DNA of 64,000 nucleotides, from positions 1,561,674 to 1,625,673 of the forward strand of contig MU057651.1 of assembly GCA_013265495.1 (NCBI GenBank), in the 5' to 3' direction. The translations under genes were made by a program, and so were the position numbers. Within the stretch, counting starts at the first letter, position 1. Every line of letters begins with the position of its first letter. Source of the stretch: Vicugna vicugna (taxonomy: Eukaryota). Below the pieces are notes generated by a model that was not told where the DNA came from, did no database searches, and saw only the letters and a list, made by a program, of their open reading frames with translations. This document shows, one piece after another, positions 40,590 to 52,423 of this stretch.

Positions 40590-41800
40590 ATAGATTCTGA
40601 AAATTAAGCTACCATTGGAATTGCAGCCCACAAAAGTATGCTAGGACCCATGTACTAAACTTAGAGTCTCCTAATACAATGGACAAAATGTCCAGGATGC
40701 AATTGAAAAATCACCTATCATAACAAGAACCAAAAAAAAAAAATTGAATTGGAAAAAACAACCAACTGACAACAACATTGAGATTAATCAGATATTGAAA
40801 TTATCTGACAAGGATTTTAAAGCAACCATCATAAAAATACTTCAATAATGCAAATTCTCCTGAAACAAATGAAAAATAGAAAATTGTAGCAAAGAAATAG
40901 AAGTTAGCAAAAAAGTCAAATGGAAATGACAGAACTGAAAAATATAGAACAGAAATGAAAAACTCACTGGATAGACTCAGTAGTAGAATAGACATAACAG
41001 AGGAAAGAATCAGTGAATTTGAGGACAGATCAACAGAATTTACTCATTCTGAATAACAGAACAAGGACTGAAAAAAATTAGATCCTCAGGAACCTGTGGG
41101 ACAGTAACAAAAGATTTAGCATTTGTATCATCAGAACCCCAGAAGGAGGGGAGGAGAGAGTGGAGCTGAAATAATATTTTAAACAATAATGGCTGAAGAC
41201 TCCAAATTTGGCGACAGACAGATACAAGCCTTCAGGTTCAAGAAGCTGAGCAAACCCCAAACAAAATAAACCCAAAGAAATCCATGTCAAGACACATAAT
41301 AATTAAACTTTTAAAACTAAAAAAAGAAGAAATCTTCAAAGCAGCCAGAAAAAAACAATACATTACCTAAAGGAGAACGCCAATTCAAATTATATCAGCT
41401 TTCTCATCTGAAACCACGAAGACAAGAATGAAGTGCCACAGTTTTCAAGGGCTGGCAGGAAAGAACTGTCAATTGCAAACTCTGTACTTGTAAAAATATC
41501 CTTCAGGAATGAGAAGAAATGAAAGCACTTTTAAATGAAGGATAACCAAAAGAATTTTTCACCAGCAGACCTACCCCTGAATAATGGCTAAAGGAAATTT
41601 TTTAAACAGTAAGAAAATTATAAAAAATTATAAAAGAAAGAATATTGGAGCATCAGGAAAGACGAAACAACAGCTAGAGCAGAAATATGGGCACATATAA
41701 CAGATTATCATTTCTCCCCATGGATTTTATAAATCATATTTGATGGTTAAAAAGTATAACACCATCTGATACTGAGGATAATAACAATTAAGAGAAAGAA
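40590..41800 (+). mobile_element. Degraded L1 5' region and ORF1 remnant (multiple stops and frameshifts)
   Basis: A-rich; aaaactcactggatagactc, gaggaaagaatcagtgaatttgaggacag, aaataatggctgaa, agacacataataattaaact, accagcagacctaccc. Confidence 0.8.
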
Positions 41801-42077
41801 AGGTGAAGGAACCTTCATATGTGGCAGAGACTACCCATCAAAACCTATTCCTCTTCCTCTGTGATGATAGATTTGTCACTGGGACATGGCTGCCCAGGTA
41901 GGAATTCCCTCTCCTAGTCCTAAACCCTTTTGCAACTAGAGTGGTGATGTGACTAAGTTTTCACCAAGGGCATATGAGTGGAAGGGACGTGTGCTGCTCC
42001 CTGGCCTGAGCCAAGTGGAGGCCAGATTATCTATGGTCTAGTAATCCATGGAAAGAGTCTGGATTTTTATTATATTT

Positions 42078-42616
42078 CTGGTGGGACTATAAAATGGTAC
42101 AGTCACTCTGGAAAATAACTAGGCAATTTCTTTAAAAATTAAATGTGTTTTTACAATCAAACGTAACAATTGCACTCTTGAGCATTTATCCCAGAGAAAC
42201 GGAAACTTATATTTACATAGAACCTGTACATGAATGTTTGGAAAGAACACATATGCCCTGCAATGGGTGAATGGTTAAATTGAGGTACATCTATGCCATG
42301 GAATACAACTCAGCAATAAAAAGGAACAAATTATGGATACATGCAACAGCCTAGATGAATTGCCAGATTATACTCAATGAAAAAAGCCAGTATCCAAAGT
42401 AACATACTTTATGATTTCATCATTTGTCTTTGAAATGACAAAATTAAAGAAATGGGGACTAGATTAGTGGGTGCCTGGGATTAAGGAGGTGGGTAGGAGA
42501 GGGAAGTGAGTATGGTTATAAAAGTGCAACACGTGAGGAATCCTTGTAGTCATGGTACTGCTCAGTATCTTGACTGTGATGGTGGATACATGAGCCTTCA
42601 TAGGTAATTAAATATG

Positions 42617-42652
<36 letters not shown>

Positions 42653-42860
42653 TACAAGTACAGTGTGAACTGGGGAAATCTTAATAATATTAGTGGATTG
42701 TATCAATGTGTCAATATCTTGCTTGTGATACTATAGGTTTGCAAAATGTTACCATTGGGGGAAACTGGGCAAAGTGTACAGGGATCTCTGTATTATTTTT
42801 ACCATTGCATGTGATTATGATTCTGCAGTGATCTTGATCAAAAAGCCCAATTTTTTAGAA
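42078..42860 (+). mobile_element. L1MC/MD-type 3' end with internal (CA)n
   Basis: aaaatggtacagtcactctggaaaa...gcatttatcccagagaaa...atgttaccattgggggaaactggg. Confidence 0.85.
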
Positions 42861-44725
42861 AGCTAGTATTTCTGGAGCTTAGTGAATAAACATTTAATGG
42901 AAGTCATTGGAGTGGAGTCACATGAACTGATTTATATTCTAACAAATCATGGTGGCTGCTGTGTGGAGGTAAGAGTGGGAGCAAGGAGACCAGATAGGAG
43001 ACCATTGTGGTAGATCAGTATTCGTCTCTTTACTGCCACCATTGTACCAGAAATTCTGTTAGCTTGGATTGGAACTGAGTGAAGGTGGAGAGAAGTGGAT
43101 GGATTCAGGATATATTTTGGTGATAGGGCTGACAAGAAGCTCATAGCTGGATGAATGACTATAAAGTTCTCAGTCCAGAGGATTTTTTAGAATGGGTCTA
43201 ATTTGACTGTCTCTGTTATTTTAGCTCTTCAATTACAGTGTCTTCTCAGTAGCTTGGTCTTCTTGCTATGTATGGGATAGAAAAATAAAACTGCTTGAAG
43301 GTGATCCACCTCTCCTAGCCTAGGCCAAGTTTTAGCGTCTGCCTTGGTTTTTCTAGGATGGAGTGATCTAAACACAGGAGGTGCTGGGTCCCTGATGGCT
43401 GTGTTCCTGTACCTCAAAGCAGGAGGTGATCACTAGTGGCTCTCATTTCCACACTGGGAAATTGACTGTGACCCGCACTAACTTCCTGGAGACAGATATC
43501 AAGGAGGCAGTCACAATGCCTGAATCCTCTTTGAGCAGGATGCGTATGTATATTAGGCTTTGGTTTTGAGGGTATAGATTCTGGCTGGATTGAGGTTCAC
43601 TAAAATTGGGGTATAATTGAGTAGGCTTTTTGGAGGCTGGAATACCGTAACTGGACATCAGACAAATAGCTTTTCTCTTTTGAGATAAGTTATTTCTCTG
43701 GGTGAGAAACAGAGCATGAATCATTGGGATAGTTTCTGGAAAACCTAAGAATTTCCAGACAATCTTAATCATCCTGGAAACCTCCAAGCCTAGGACCTTG
43801 TTTGGCATCATGCTTGTCTTTTAAGAAATCCCACTTGCACACTTAGGCATTTTCCCCTAGATGGCCCAGAAGTGGTTCTGTTAGTTAGTTCAAGTTGACT
43901 TGAGGTCAGATTGTGTGATATCCATTAAATATTGTCTAGGTGAATGAGTACTACTCTGTTCAGTAATTCACACAAAGATCCTTTCATTGACTTTGTTAAT
44001 TAAGATATGTCTTGACTGCTATAACAAAAGGATCCAACAACAGTTCCATGGCTTAAAGAAATTTATTTCTTTCTCAAAAAACGATGAGAGTGAGTAGTTC
44101 AAATTTGCAGGGGGTACTCTGCTCCACATTCAGGGACCCAGGTTCAATTTATTTCAATCCTCCATCACCTCAGGGACACAGGAGCCTTAATAGGGGCATC
44201 CAATGGTAGTGTCAACATGCAAAAGTGGGCTCCAGTTAGATGTGCAACAGAGGTGCTGGACTAAGGCTTGGAATGTGGATTTCCCTAGGCTCCTGAGTGC
44301 ACCTAGGATGTAGGACAAGACCCGGATATTTTCTGTTCCCATTAGCACCTTCCACACATACCCCCTGAGCTATTCTTGTAGGAAAAGTCCATTTTCAGAA
44401 ATGAGGATGGTGCTCCTACAGGTTGAGTACATGCTGACTGTGTGGCCATCATGTAGGGCTGGTAGTAGCCTCTATGGTACTTTTAGAAATCAGAAATCTC
44501 AAGAAACATGGAGATTTCTGAATTAGGATTAGAAAAAGATGACCCCTTTGGGCACACAGATTAGAGAAAGAGGTCAGCCTCCTGGTGGATGCAGTGCTGT
44601 GAGAGGCACAAGGCTTGATGCGGAGAGGACAGGGTAATTTCAGGCTCGCACCACCTTAACCTAGCACCTTTATGTACTGCGGCCCTTCCTAGCAGCTTAA
44701 CTGTCCCACCTGCGGTTGCTGCTCT

Positions 44726-44746
44726 GCAGACACCAGGGGGCAGCCA
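44726..44746 (+). promoter_or_regulatory. Candidate CTCF site
   Basis: gaCACCAGGGGGCAGcc, a close match to the CTCF core. Motif only. Confidence 0.55.
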
Positions 44747-44769
44747 ACTACATAAATTGTGTCTTTCCT

Positions 44770-44810
44770 GCGGCCGCACTCCCCGCCCCGCCCCTCCCCT
44801 CCCGCCAAGG
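44770..44810. promoter_or_regulatory. GC-box (Sp/KLF) cluster in a small CpG-retaining patch
   Basis: gcggccgcactccccgccccgcccctcccctcccgcc; two overlapping CCCCGCCCC. Confidence 0.5.
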
Positions 44811-46916
44811 GAGGCTCTGATGTGCCCAGGAGATGTGGGGCAGCCTTCGCGTTCAGGTAAAATCTGTTAGCTCCCAGGGGCTCCTGGGCTCAGCTAATTT
44901 GGGCAATTCATTGCACATTGAACCCTTTGCAACTTTGAAGAATTGAGCTGCCTGTTCATTTCGCCCCACCTGTGGCACCTATTGCTTAAGGAAATAAAAT
45001 TAACCCGGTTTCCTGCAGATTTGATTATATCTTAACAGGCAGAGCCATAGAACATTTTTAAAAGCAGTTTGGAAATCTGAAACATTCTAGCATAGTTCAC
45101 ATCATTTCAACAAAATTCCAATATATTCCTGTTTGCAAACAAAAGGTCCCACTAGATGACCTTTTTGCCAACTAGGAGACAAGGAATATGATTTTATGCA
45201 GTGTTCCCTTAAGGACTCTTAGAACCCAGTGTTTCCAGTCATAATTGTATTTGAGCATCTGAGTCTAGGAGGTTCCCTTGTTAATGTCTGAGGCGGCAGC
45301 ACCAATGGTGGTGAGGGGGACAGGTCTAGATGATTGTGAGAACAGTTCCACAGTCTCCTGGCTTTGCACTGAAGCACAGGGCAGAGTAGAAGCACCTCTT
45401 CTGAGTGGGTAATAGGTGGTCTCTGGTATCTCCAGCCTCAGTGAGCAGGTCAGCTCAGGCCATGAGGATGGGCAGAAGGTGAGTTTGTGAGGCTGTGGGG
45501 AAACTAACAGGATTTGAGAGGGCTTGCTGAGATGCAGATGGGGGGATCTGACTAAAGTGGGGTGTAGAAGCAGGAGACAGAGGGGAGTATCAGGAGCCAA
45601 TGTGCTGAGTCGGTCGGGCCTCAGAGAACCAAGGGGCATGCAAGTAAGACTGCTGAACTGAGGCCGAAAGAGGCAAATAAGAACTCGGGCATCCAATGCT
45701 CCCAGCTGGGTTGTTACATGCCTGTATTTCTCTGGACAGACTGAGCCTAGGTAATGGGGTGGGGTTGGGGAAAGTAACCATGAGTCATCCTGTACTTCTC
45801 CTCCAGGCTGTAATAGGACTCTCTGTCCTGTGTAGAGACGTAGCGGACTTGTTCTGGCAAGGTGTCTGCACCTTCCCCTCTCAGAATAAATGCATTTCAG
45901 TGGGCAGCTCGGCACCCTGAATTGCTCTTAATAAGAACACTAATGAGCTTCAAACCACCAATATACTAGAAGTCAAATCTGGCTGTGCAGTCTCTGATGA
46001 GGCCTGGCTTTCCCAAAGAGGGCAGCATCCGCTGGTCTTATTTCTCCATCCTGGAAAGTTTAGTGACTGCTTTAGGGAAATTAAGGGCGTGGAGGTTGTG
46101 GTCTGGAAAACGGGAAGGAGGGTGGATTGCCTCATGTGTCATCTCCTCTTATAGCATCATGGTGTATCTGGGGACTCAGCTATTATTGACTATTTCTTCT
46201 CTCCATGGAGTATGGTGCCAAGCCATAGTGGGACCAAAGGGGTTAATGGGGACTTCAGCTTTCTTTCCAAAGAAGCTTGGATAAAAGAATGATCACTTTT
46301 GCAGAAAAAGTAGCTATCAGGATTGCTTGTGGTATGAGTTTGTTTCCTGTGGCATGTGAAAATGCTGGCTTTATCTAGTTTTATCCCCTACCCCGAAAGA
46401 GATCTATCTCAATATGAACTCATCTTCCTTCCCCTTTCCAAGGACTCCCCCACTCAAGTTCCCCTATCAGTAGCTTCTCACTTCCCTTTAGAGGTTCCCA
46501 CCCAGTAGTGGTCGCATTTTACTTTGGTGAAAGGAGTAACTGAGAATGGGTAGACTGGCTTAAACCTTAATTGCCCTTCTCATCAGGGTTCAAAGCTGCC
46601 TGGGCCCCCTTTTCCCAAGGTCACGGTCAGCACCGTAACTGGGACTTAGTATCTTCAACTGATAGGAACCCTTGGAGAGAAGCTTGCCCAGAACTCGGTT
46701 CCCCTTTCTGCCCAAGAAAACGCAGACAATTCTTAGTCACTCCGTGATAACACGATGAGTAAGAAGCAGATGTGGTATTTGGACAGCAATCTTTAAACTG
46801 AAAATCTAGTACTTGTTCTATGACATTGGAAGGCCTTGTGAACAATAGGCACCCAATTAATGTTCATTCAGAGCAGTATAAATAACACAGTGGTTAAGAT
46901 CCTAGCTTCCGACAAC

Positions 46917-47080
46917 TTTTTTTTTTGTGCGTGTGGTTAAATGTGCATAACATAAAATTTGTCATTTTGACCATTCATAAGTGTACAATTCAGTGATGTT
47001 AAGCATATTCACAATGCTGTGCAACTACCACTACTATCTTTTACTGGAACTTTTTCATCATCCCAAACAGAAACTCTGTA
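46917..47080 (-). mobile_element. L1MB-type 3' tip interrupting a MIR (~46870-47200)
   Basis: polyT, then acataaaatttgtcattttgacc...aagtgtacaattcagt...catcatcccaaacagaaactctgta. Confidence 0.8.
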
Positions 47081-47828
47081 TTGACAGTGGATTTTGAATT
47101 TAGGTTCTGCCACTTGGTAGCTGTGTAAATTTGTAAAAATTCCTTAGGGGACCTCAGTTTCCTCATTTATAAGATGAAGATAATAATAGCACCTCTTCAT
47201 AGCAGTGTGTGTGTGTGTGTGTGGTGTGTGTGTAAGCACAAATATACATTGTGATATTAATTAATATGAATTAGTAATATCAATTCATTGGTTAATTGGT
47301 TAGTTTTTACTTCATATTTATTGAGTTCTTACTCTAAGTCAAGCACTGTGCTTGAGCCCCTAAGAGGCAAGGCTAAAACTCAAAGTCAAATTGGCTTGAC
47401 TTCAGGGCTTATCTCTGTACTGATTGTAGCGTGAGGATGAAATGAGATAATGAAGGTTCAGTGCCTGCCACAAAGCATTCCCTCAACAGATACTAGCTAT
47501 CTTATTGTTATCATCACTGTTATCAAATTGAGTTTGAAACTCATGCCTCCTTAGCCTTCAAGGTAATGGTAGGCTGCTCTCTCTTACTGAATAGGAAATG
47601 TTCCAAACTTAGCAATAAATTTTCCTCTACATTTAAGTAGAAGAAAGAGGCAGGGAACCACTTTGATGTGTTTGTATGGCTAACCACACACACCTGCCAC
47701 CTAGGGACTGCCACCCTAGCTGTATGGCTGGAGGATGCCCACTTCCTTCTCCATTTGTCCCTCATGGCAGATCCAGGGCCTAGAGCTGGCAAGGCCAGTA
47801 GTGACAAAGACCAACCTCCAACAGGTGA

Positions 47829-47919
47829 TAGCAGCACTATTTACAATAGCCAAGACATGGAAGCTACCTGAGTGCCCATCAACAGATGGTTGGTTTAAGA
47901 AGATGTGAGATTCTACACA

Positions 47920-47950
<31 letters not shown>

Positions 47951-48430
47951 TGGAATATTACTCAGCTACAAAAATAATGAAATATTGCCATTTGAAGCAA
48001 CATGGATGGACCTAGAGGTTACCACACTAAGTGGAGTAAGTCAGACAGCAAAAGACAAATATTGTATGATAGCACTTATATGTGGAATCTAAAAAAAAAG
48101 ATACAAAAGAACTTAATTACTAGACAGAAACAGACTCATAGGCCTAGAGAACAAACGTATGGTTACCAAAGGGGAAAGGAGGTGGGGAGGAATAAATTAG
48201 GAGTATGGAATCAACAGATACATATGACTATATATAAAATAGATAAGCAACAAGGATTTATTATGTAGCACAGGGGACTATATTCAACATCTTGTAGTAA
48301 TCTATAATGGAAAATCATCAGAAAAAAATATAAATAAAATGAATCATCTGAAACTAACACAATATTTTAAATCAGCTATATTTAAATAAAAAAGAAATAA
48401 AACACTACATAAAAACCCTGAAAAAAAAAA
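47829..48430 (+). mobile_element. Young artiodactyl-type L1 3' end with internal (CA)n
   Basis: tagcagcactatttacaatagccaagacatggaag...catggatggacctagag...atgtagcacaggggactatattcaa plus A-rich tail. Confidence 0.88.
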
Positions 48431-49812
48431 GAATGAAGGGAAATCTCTTTTAACCACTGCCTCCCACAGCTACTCTCAACTCCCCTCCAAGACCACCCCA
48501 ACCCCTCCCAGCAGTAGATGGCAGTGTCAAGGGGCAGCAAGAGAGGAAAGAGAATCCTAGCCTACTCTGCCAGGCCTGCTACCACTGAAGCTTTCCCATC
48601 TTCCCCTCTTGCTGTTTCAGTGTCAGTCTCATGAGGTGGTCAGGACTGAGGGAGAAGAGAAAGGGAAAGGGAGGTTAATGAAAGTGGGACAACTCTAGAC
48701 TCAGTTTCCTACCTCTTGGTCATTTCCTAGCCCTCAGCCAGGGCTTTCCCTCCAAACCCACAAGCCTGTTCTCTATCTCAGAGCCCTTTCCCCAGCTACT
48801 TGCAACCTTCAACCTGCTGGACTCCCCATCTTCACCCTCCCACGCTGCCTTGCCTGAACTAAAGGAATCATTGTCCAACTCCAAACAAGGAGTAGGAGAA
48901 AGAGGTTGTCCCTCTTCCTGCTGTCAAGGATAGCCTGGGATCCTTGAGTGACATAGATGAATTCTCCCCAATACTCTGGCTCGATAGGAGGGATTATTTG
49001 CTATCCTTAAGCCACCTCTCATGTATTCCTTTTTCCATGTCTTTGTTTCTGTTGTTCCATCTCCTTGAAACACCCTACCCTCTTTACTGCCATCATTCAT
49101 CTCAAATTCTACTGCTTTCTTAAAGCCTTCCATGGTTTCTTTTCCCCAGATGAAGCTTCTTTTTCTTTTCGATCTTCACTTTTCTCTGTGTGCGCCCCTC
49201 CAACTGGCACTTCAAATAGTCTCTCTTAAAGTTATTCATGTTAATGTCTTATCTCCCTTTATACCCAACTATCTTAGAGGCAAGGACTCTGAATCAAATG
49301 GTAGTCCCGTGGTGCCCTGCCCATAGGAGACACTTGGTGAACAATTGATCCTAATTGAAAGCACTTCCCATAGAAACATGGGTAGGCTTTGTTTACTTTA
49401 TGGATTTGGGGGGATGACTGCGGGGGCTCAACCACTGTGTGAAACACTGATTTGTTTATAGGAAAATGCAGGCAAGCTATAAACAACAGATTTCAACATG
49501 TACACCGTGTTTATAAGTTGCACATGGCCTAGATTGATAGCAGGAAAAGAACGCAGCGATGGTCAGCTACCAGTTCAATCTTCTACCAGCAGAGTGTGGC
49601 ATCAGTAGCCCCAAGCTGAAACAACCAACAATCCAAGTTCCTGTTCCCAGGACGGCCATCCTTTCTGTCAGTTGAGGAGATGGAATTCTCTGGCAACAGG
49701 CAACAGAACAATGTATCAGCTATGTGGAAATCCAGAGCTGAGCTGGGAGGTGGTTGTGGAAGGAAAAGGGCAGGATTGGCCCCATCTACATTAAATTCTC
49801 TTCTGTTGGATC

Positions 49813-50325
49813 TGCAGGAGAGTAGAATTTGTCATGCCCAAATATGTCTCTTTGTCATGATGATTATTTTGAGGTTGATTATTTTCAAGAAATAGCAACA
49901 TGGGAGAAGTCCAAAACCAAGTAGAAGTTAGCCTTTCTAAAGACATATTTCTAAAGGAAATCTCCATTTGGAAGTGTGCCTCTGGCTGCGCCACGAAGAA
50001 GGGAATGACAATCTTTAGAAACTCTTATCAATGCAAAAGGCAATGACTTAAATTTGCATAACAACCTTACATTTGTTTACTGTGCTCTGGTAACTGCCCA
50101 TAACTGACTCCCTATTTCTAACATCTTCTTTGGTCTTTAGCTGAAGATGGTACATACAGTAATGGTTTCTGCCATTTCAGAGAGTGACTCAGTTTTCCTG
50201 GGTCTCCTATGTATATAAGTTACTAGATTTTTGTTTTTCTCCTGTTAATCTGTCTTATGCCAACTTAATTACTAAGCCAGCCAAAGAACTTAGAAGAGGA
50301 GAAGGAAAAAATTTCCTTCCCTATA
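49813..50325 (+). repeat. 5' LTR of the ERV1 relic
   Basis: tgcaggagagtagaatttgtcatgcccaaatatgtctc...aagaacttagaagaggagaaggaaaaaatttccttccctata. Confidence 0.9.
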
Positions 50326-50327
50326 AT

Positions 50328-50345
50328 TGGTGTAGCTGGCAGGAT
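50328..50345 (+). other. Primer-binding site, tRNA-Ser type
   Basis: TGGTGTAGCTGGCAGGAT versus TGGCGTAGTCGGCAGGAT (complement of the tRNA-Ser 3' end, recalled): 15/18, two mismatches are CpG transitions. Confidence 0.75.
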
Positions 50346-51829
50346 ACTTCACTGGATGAACTCTACCCACTTCAAGGGTGCTGCAGCTGAGACCCTGGTA
50401 CATCTGACAAAAAGCTGGCGGAAGGTAAGATTTCTTAACACAAGATTTCTTAGTCTCTGGGATCTTTGCCTTCAGGGTCTAATGGAAGTGAGAGTGAAGA
50501 ATCCTTTTTTCCTCCCCTAAATTTAGATTAGTAGGAGAAAATATATATGGAATTAGTTCCTTAGGCACAGTGACTCCGGTAAAAATTTGGTAAATGAGTT
50601 CTCTTTTTTTTAATTGATCCTTTCCCTTCCAGAGATGGTCACTATTTGTTTTTCTTTGTCTCTCTCTGTTGTGTCATTTGTCTTACTCTATGTCTTGAGA
50701 GCTTGGCTTTATGGCCAGTGAGAATATTCTTTCTTTCTGGTGTCTGCCAACCAGAGGGTGCATGTATCAGCATGTATCTGGCAGGCAGCTCAGTAGGCTG
50801 TGGATCCGGTAAGCAGTGTTCTTTGTCGAAATGTGCCAGCTCTCCGGGGAGTTTGTCATATGGGATCCCAGTTCATAAGGGGTTGTTTTCTCAACCTTCA
50901 TTGTCCTTTTAGTGCTGGAAAAGTCCCATTCCAGTAGCAGCTGCCCAATGTCACAGTTTAGCGGGTCAATGACTGGAGGTGTCTCATGTTCTTGTGGGAA
51001 ACCAGAGACACCATTTGCACTACATCATTCTTACTGCCTGTGACAACAAAAGTCTTTGCTTTCAGTTATTGCCTTCTTGTTCATCTCATTTGGTGTCCTA
51101 AGAACTTGGCCTGGCAACCATCAGGCTGGGGGCCTCCAAAATTTGGCCAAACAGAAACATGGATTGTACTCCATTTGCAACTAGATAAGTCTTTCTTTTG
51201 GTTATCTTTTGGAGCAAACTTTCTGGGTCTTGTAAGGGCTGTATCTTTTGCAGTGTCTTGTGGGATGCCTCTTGTATCTTTGGTTAAGCCATAGAAAGGC
51301 TTATTGGTCTGATTCATTATTAAGATTAATATAAGAACCTACTCGTCAATGGCCAGATGATGGATCCTTTGAATTGGCTTTCACTTTAAAAGTGAAAACA
51401 ATTTTACTGAGCTCCTATCATAAACAACTATCTTACTGGTACCTATGGAAAGACGAAACTGAGAAGTGGATATAAAGGAATAGAATGGCTTGCCTTAGGG
51501 ACTCCTTTAATAAGATGAAAGAAGAGAAATTAGACTTGGGGCCAAAAAAAAGTAAAGTTTGCATCTAATGTAAATTCCTCTTCTCCACTCTCTTATACAC
51601 TTCTTTATCCCCAAATCCCTGTCCCTGACCATCCAGGAGACCTCTTGGGTCTTTGGGTCCCTGGTACAAATCACCCCTTTCTCCCACTGCCAACATTGAA
51701 ATTTGAGCCTCAGAACATCAATTTAATTGGTGTCAGTGAAGTCAGATTTGCTAGAATGGCCTTGGTTCCTAGGGAGTTAGTTCATTTGATACATGTGGAA
51801 TGAAAAAGGCACAATATTCTATTCTTTGT

Positions 51830-52423
51830 TGATACAGGAATATGATGGGGGGTGGTGAGTGAGAGGATGGCCATGTCCCAGATATTGGCTGAGTCTCTGG
51901 GATGCGCCCTGTCAAGTGTGGGTCCTTGGCTTCAAGCAGGAAAGAATTCAAGAGCAAGCCATAGTTGAGTAAAAGTAGATTTATTTAGAGAAATATACAC
52001 AGGGGGAGCGGGGTGATTAAAGTAAATGTAGATACACACTCTGTCTACAGAGTGCGGGCTGTCTCAGAAGGCAAGAGAGAGTGAGCAGCCTCGAGGTGCG
52101 GTGTTGCTAGTTTTTATATGTTAACAAGTGAGAGAACTATTACAACTACTTTGGAGAAGGGATGGGGATTCCCAGGAATTGGGTCACTGCCCTCTCTTTG
52201 ACCTTTCTTGGTTAGCTTCAGAACTGTCATGGTACCTGTAGATGTAATTCACCATGCTAGTACATTACAATATGTATAATGAAGCTCAAGGTCCACTGGA
52301 GGTTGAATCTCTCGCCATCTTGGGCCTCAGGATCTACTGGGAATTGACTTTTCTGTCACCTTGGTGCTAATTGCTATGTCATGCTGTTAATGGCTGTGTC
52401 CTGCCTCCTTCCCACCTGTCTCA
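51830..52423 (-). mobile_element. Antisense ERV1 solo LTR nested in the provirus
   Basis: TG...CA termini (tgatacagg / cctgtctca are inverted repeats), perfect 4-bp TSD ttgt (51826-29, 52424-27), antisense polyA signal tttatt ~51980. Confidence 0.88.

Noticed and set aside
45265..45915. 216-aa minus-strand ORF
   Set aside because: Non-ATG start, Leu/Pro/Ser-rich composition typical of non-coding DNA, no recognisable domain.
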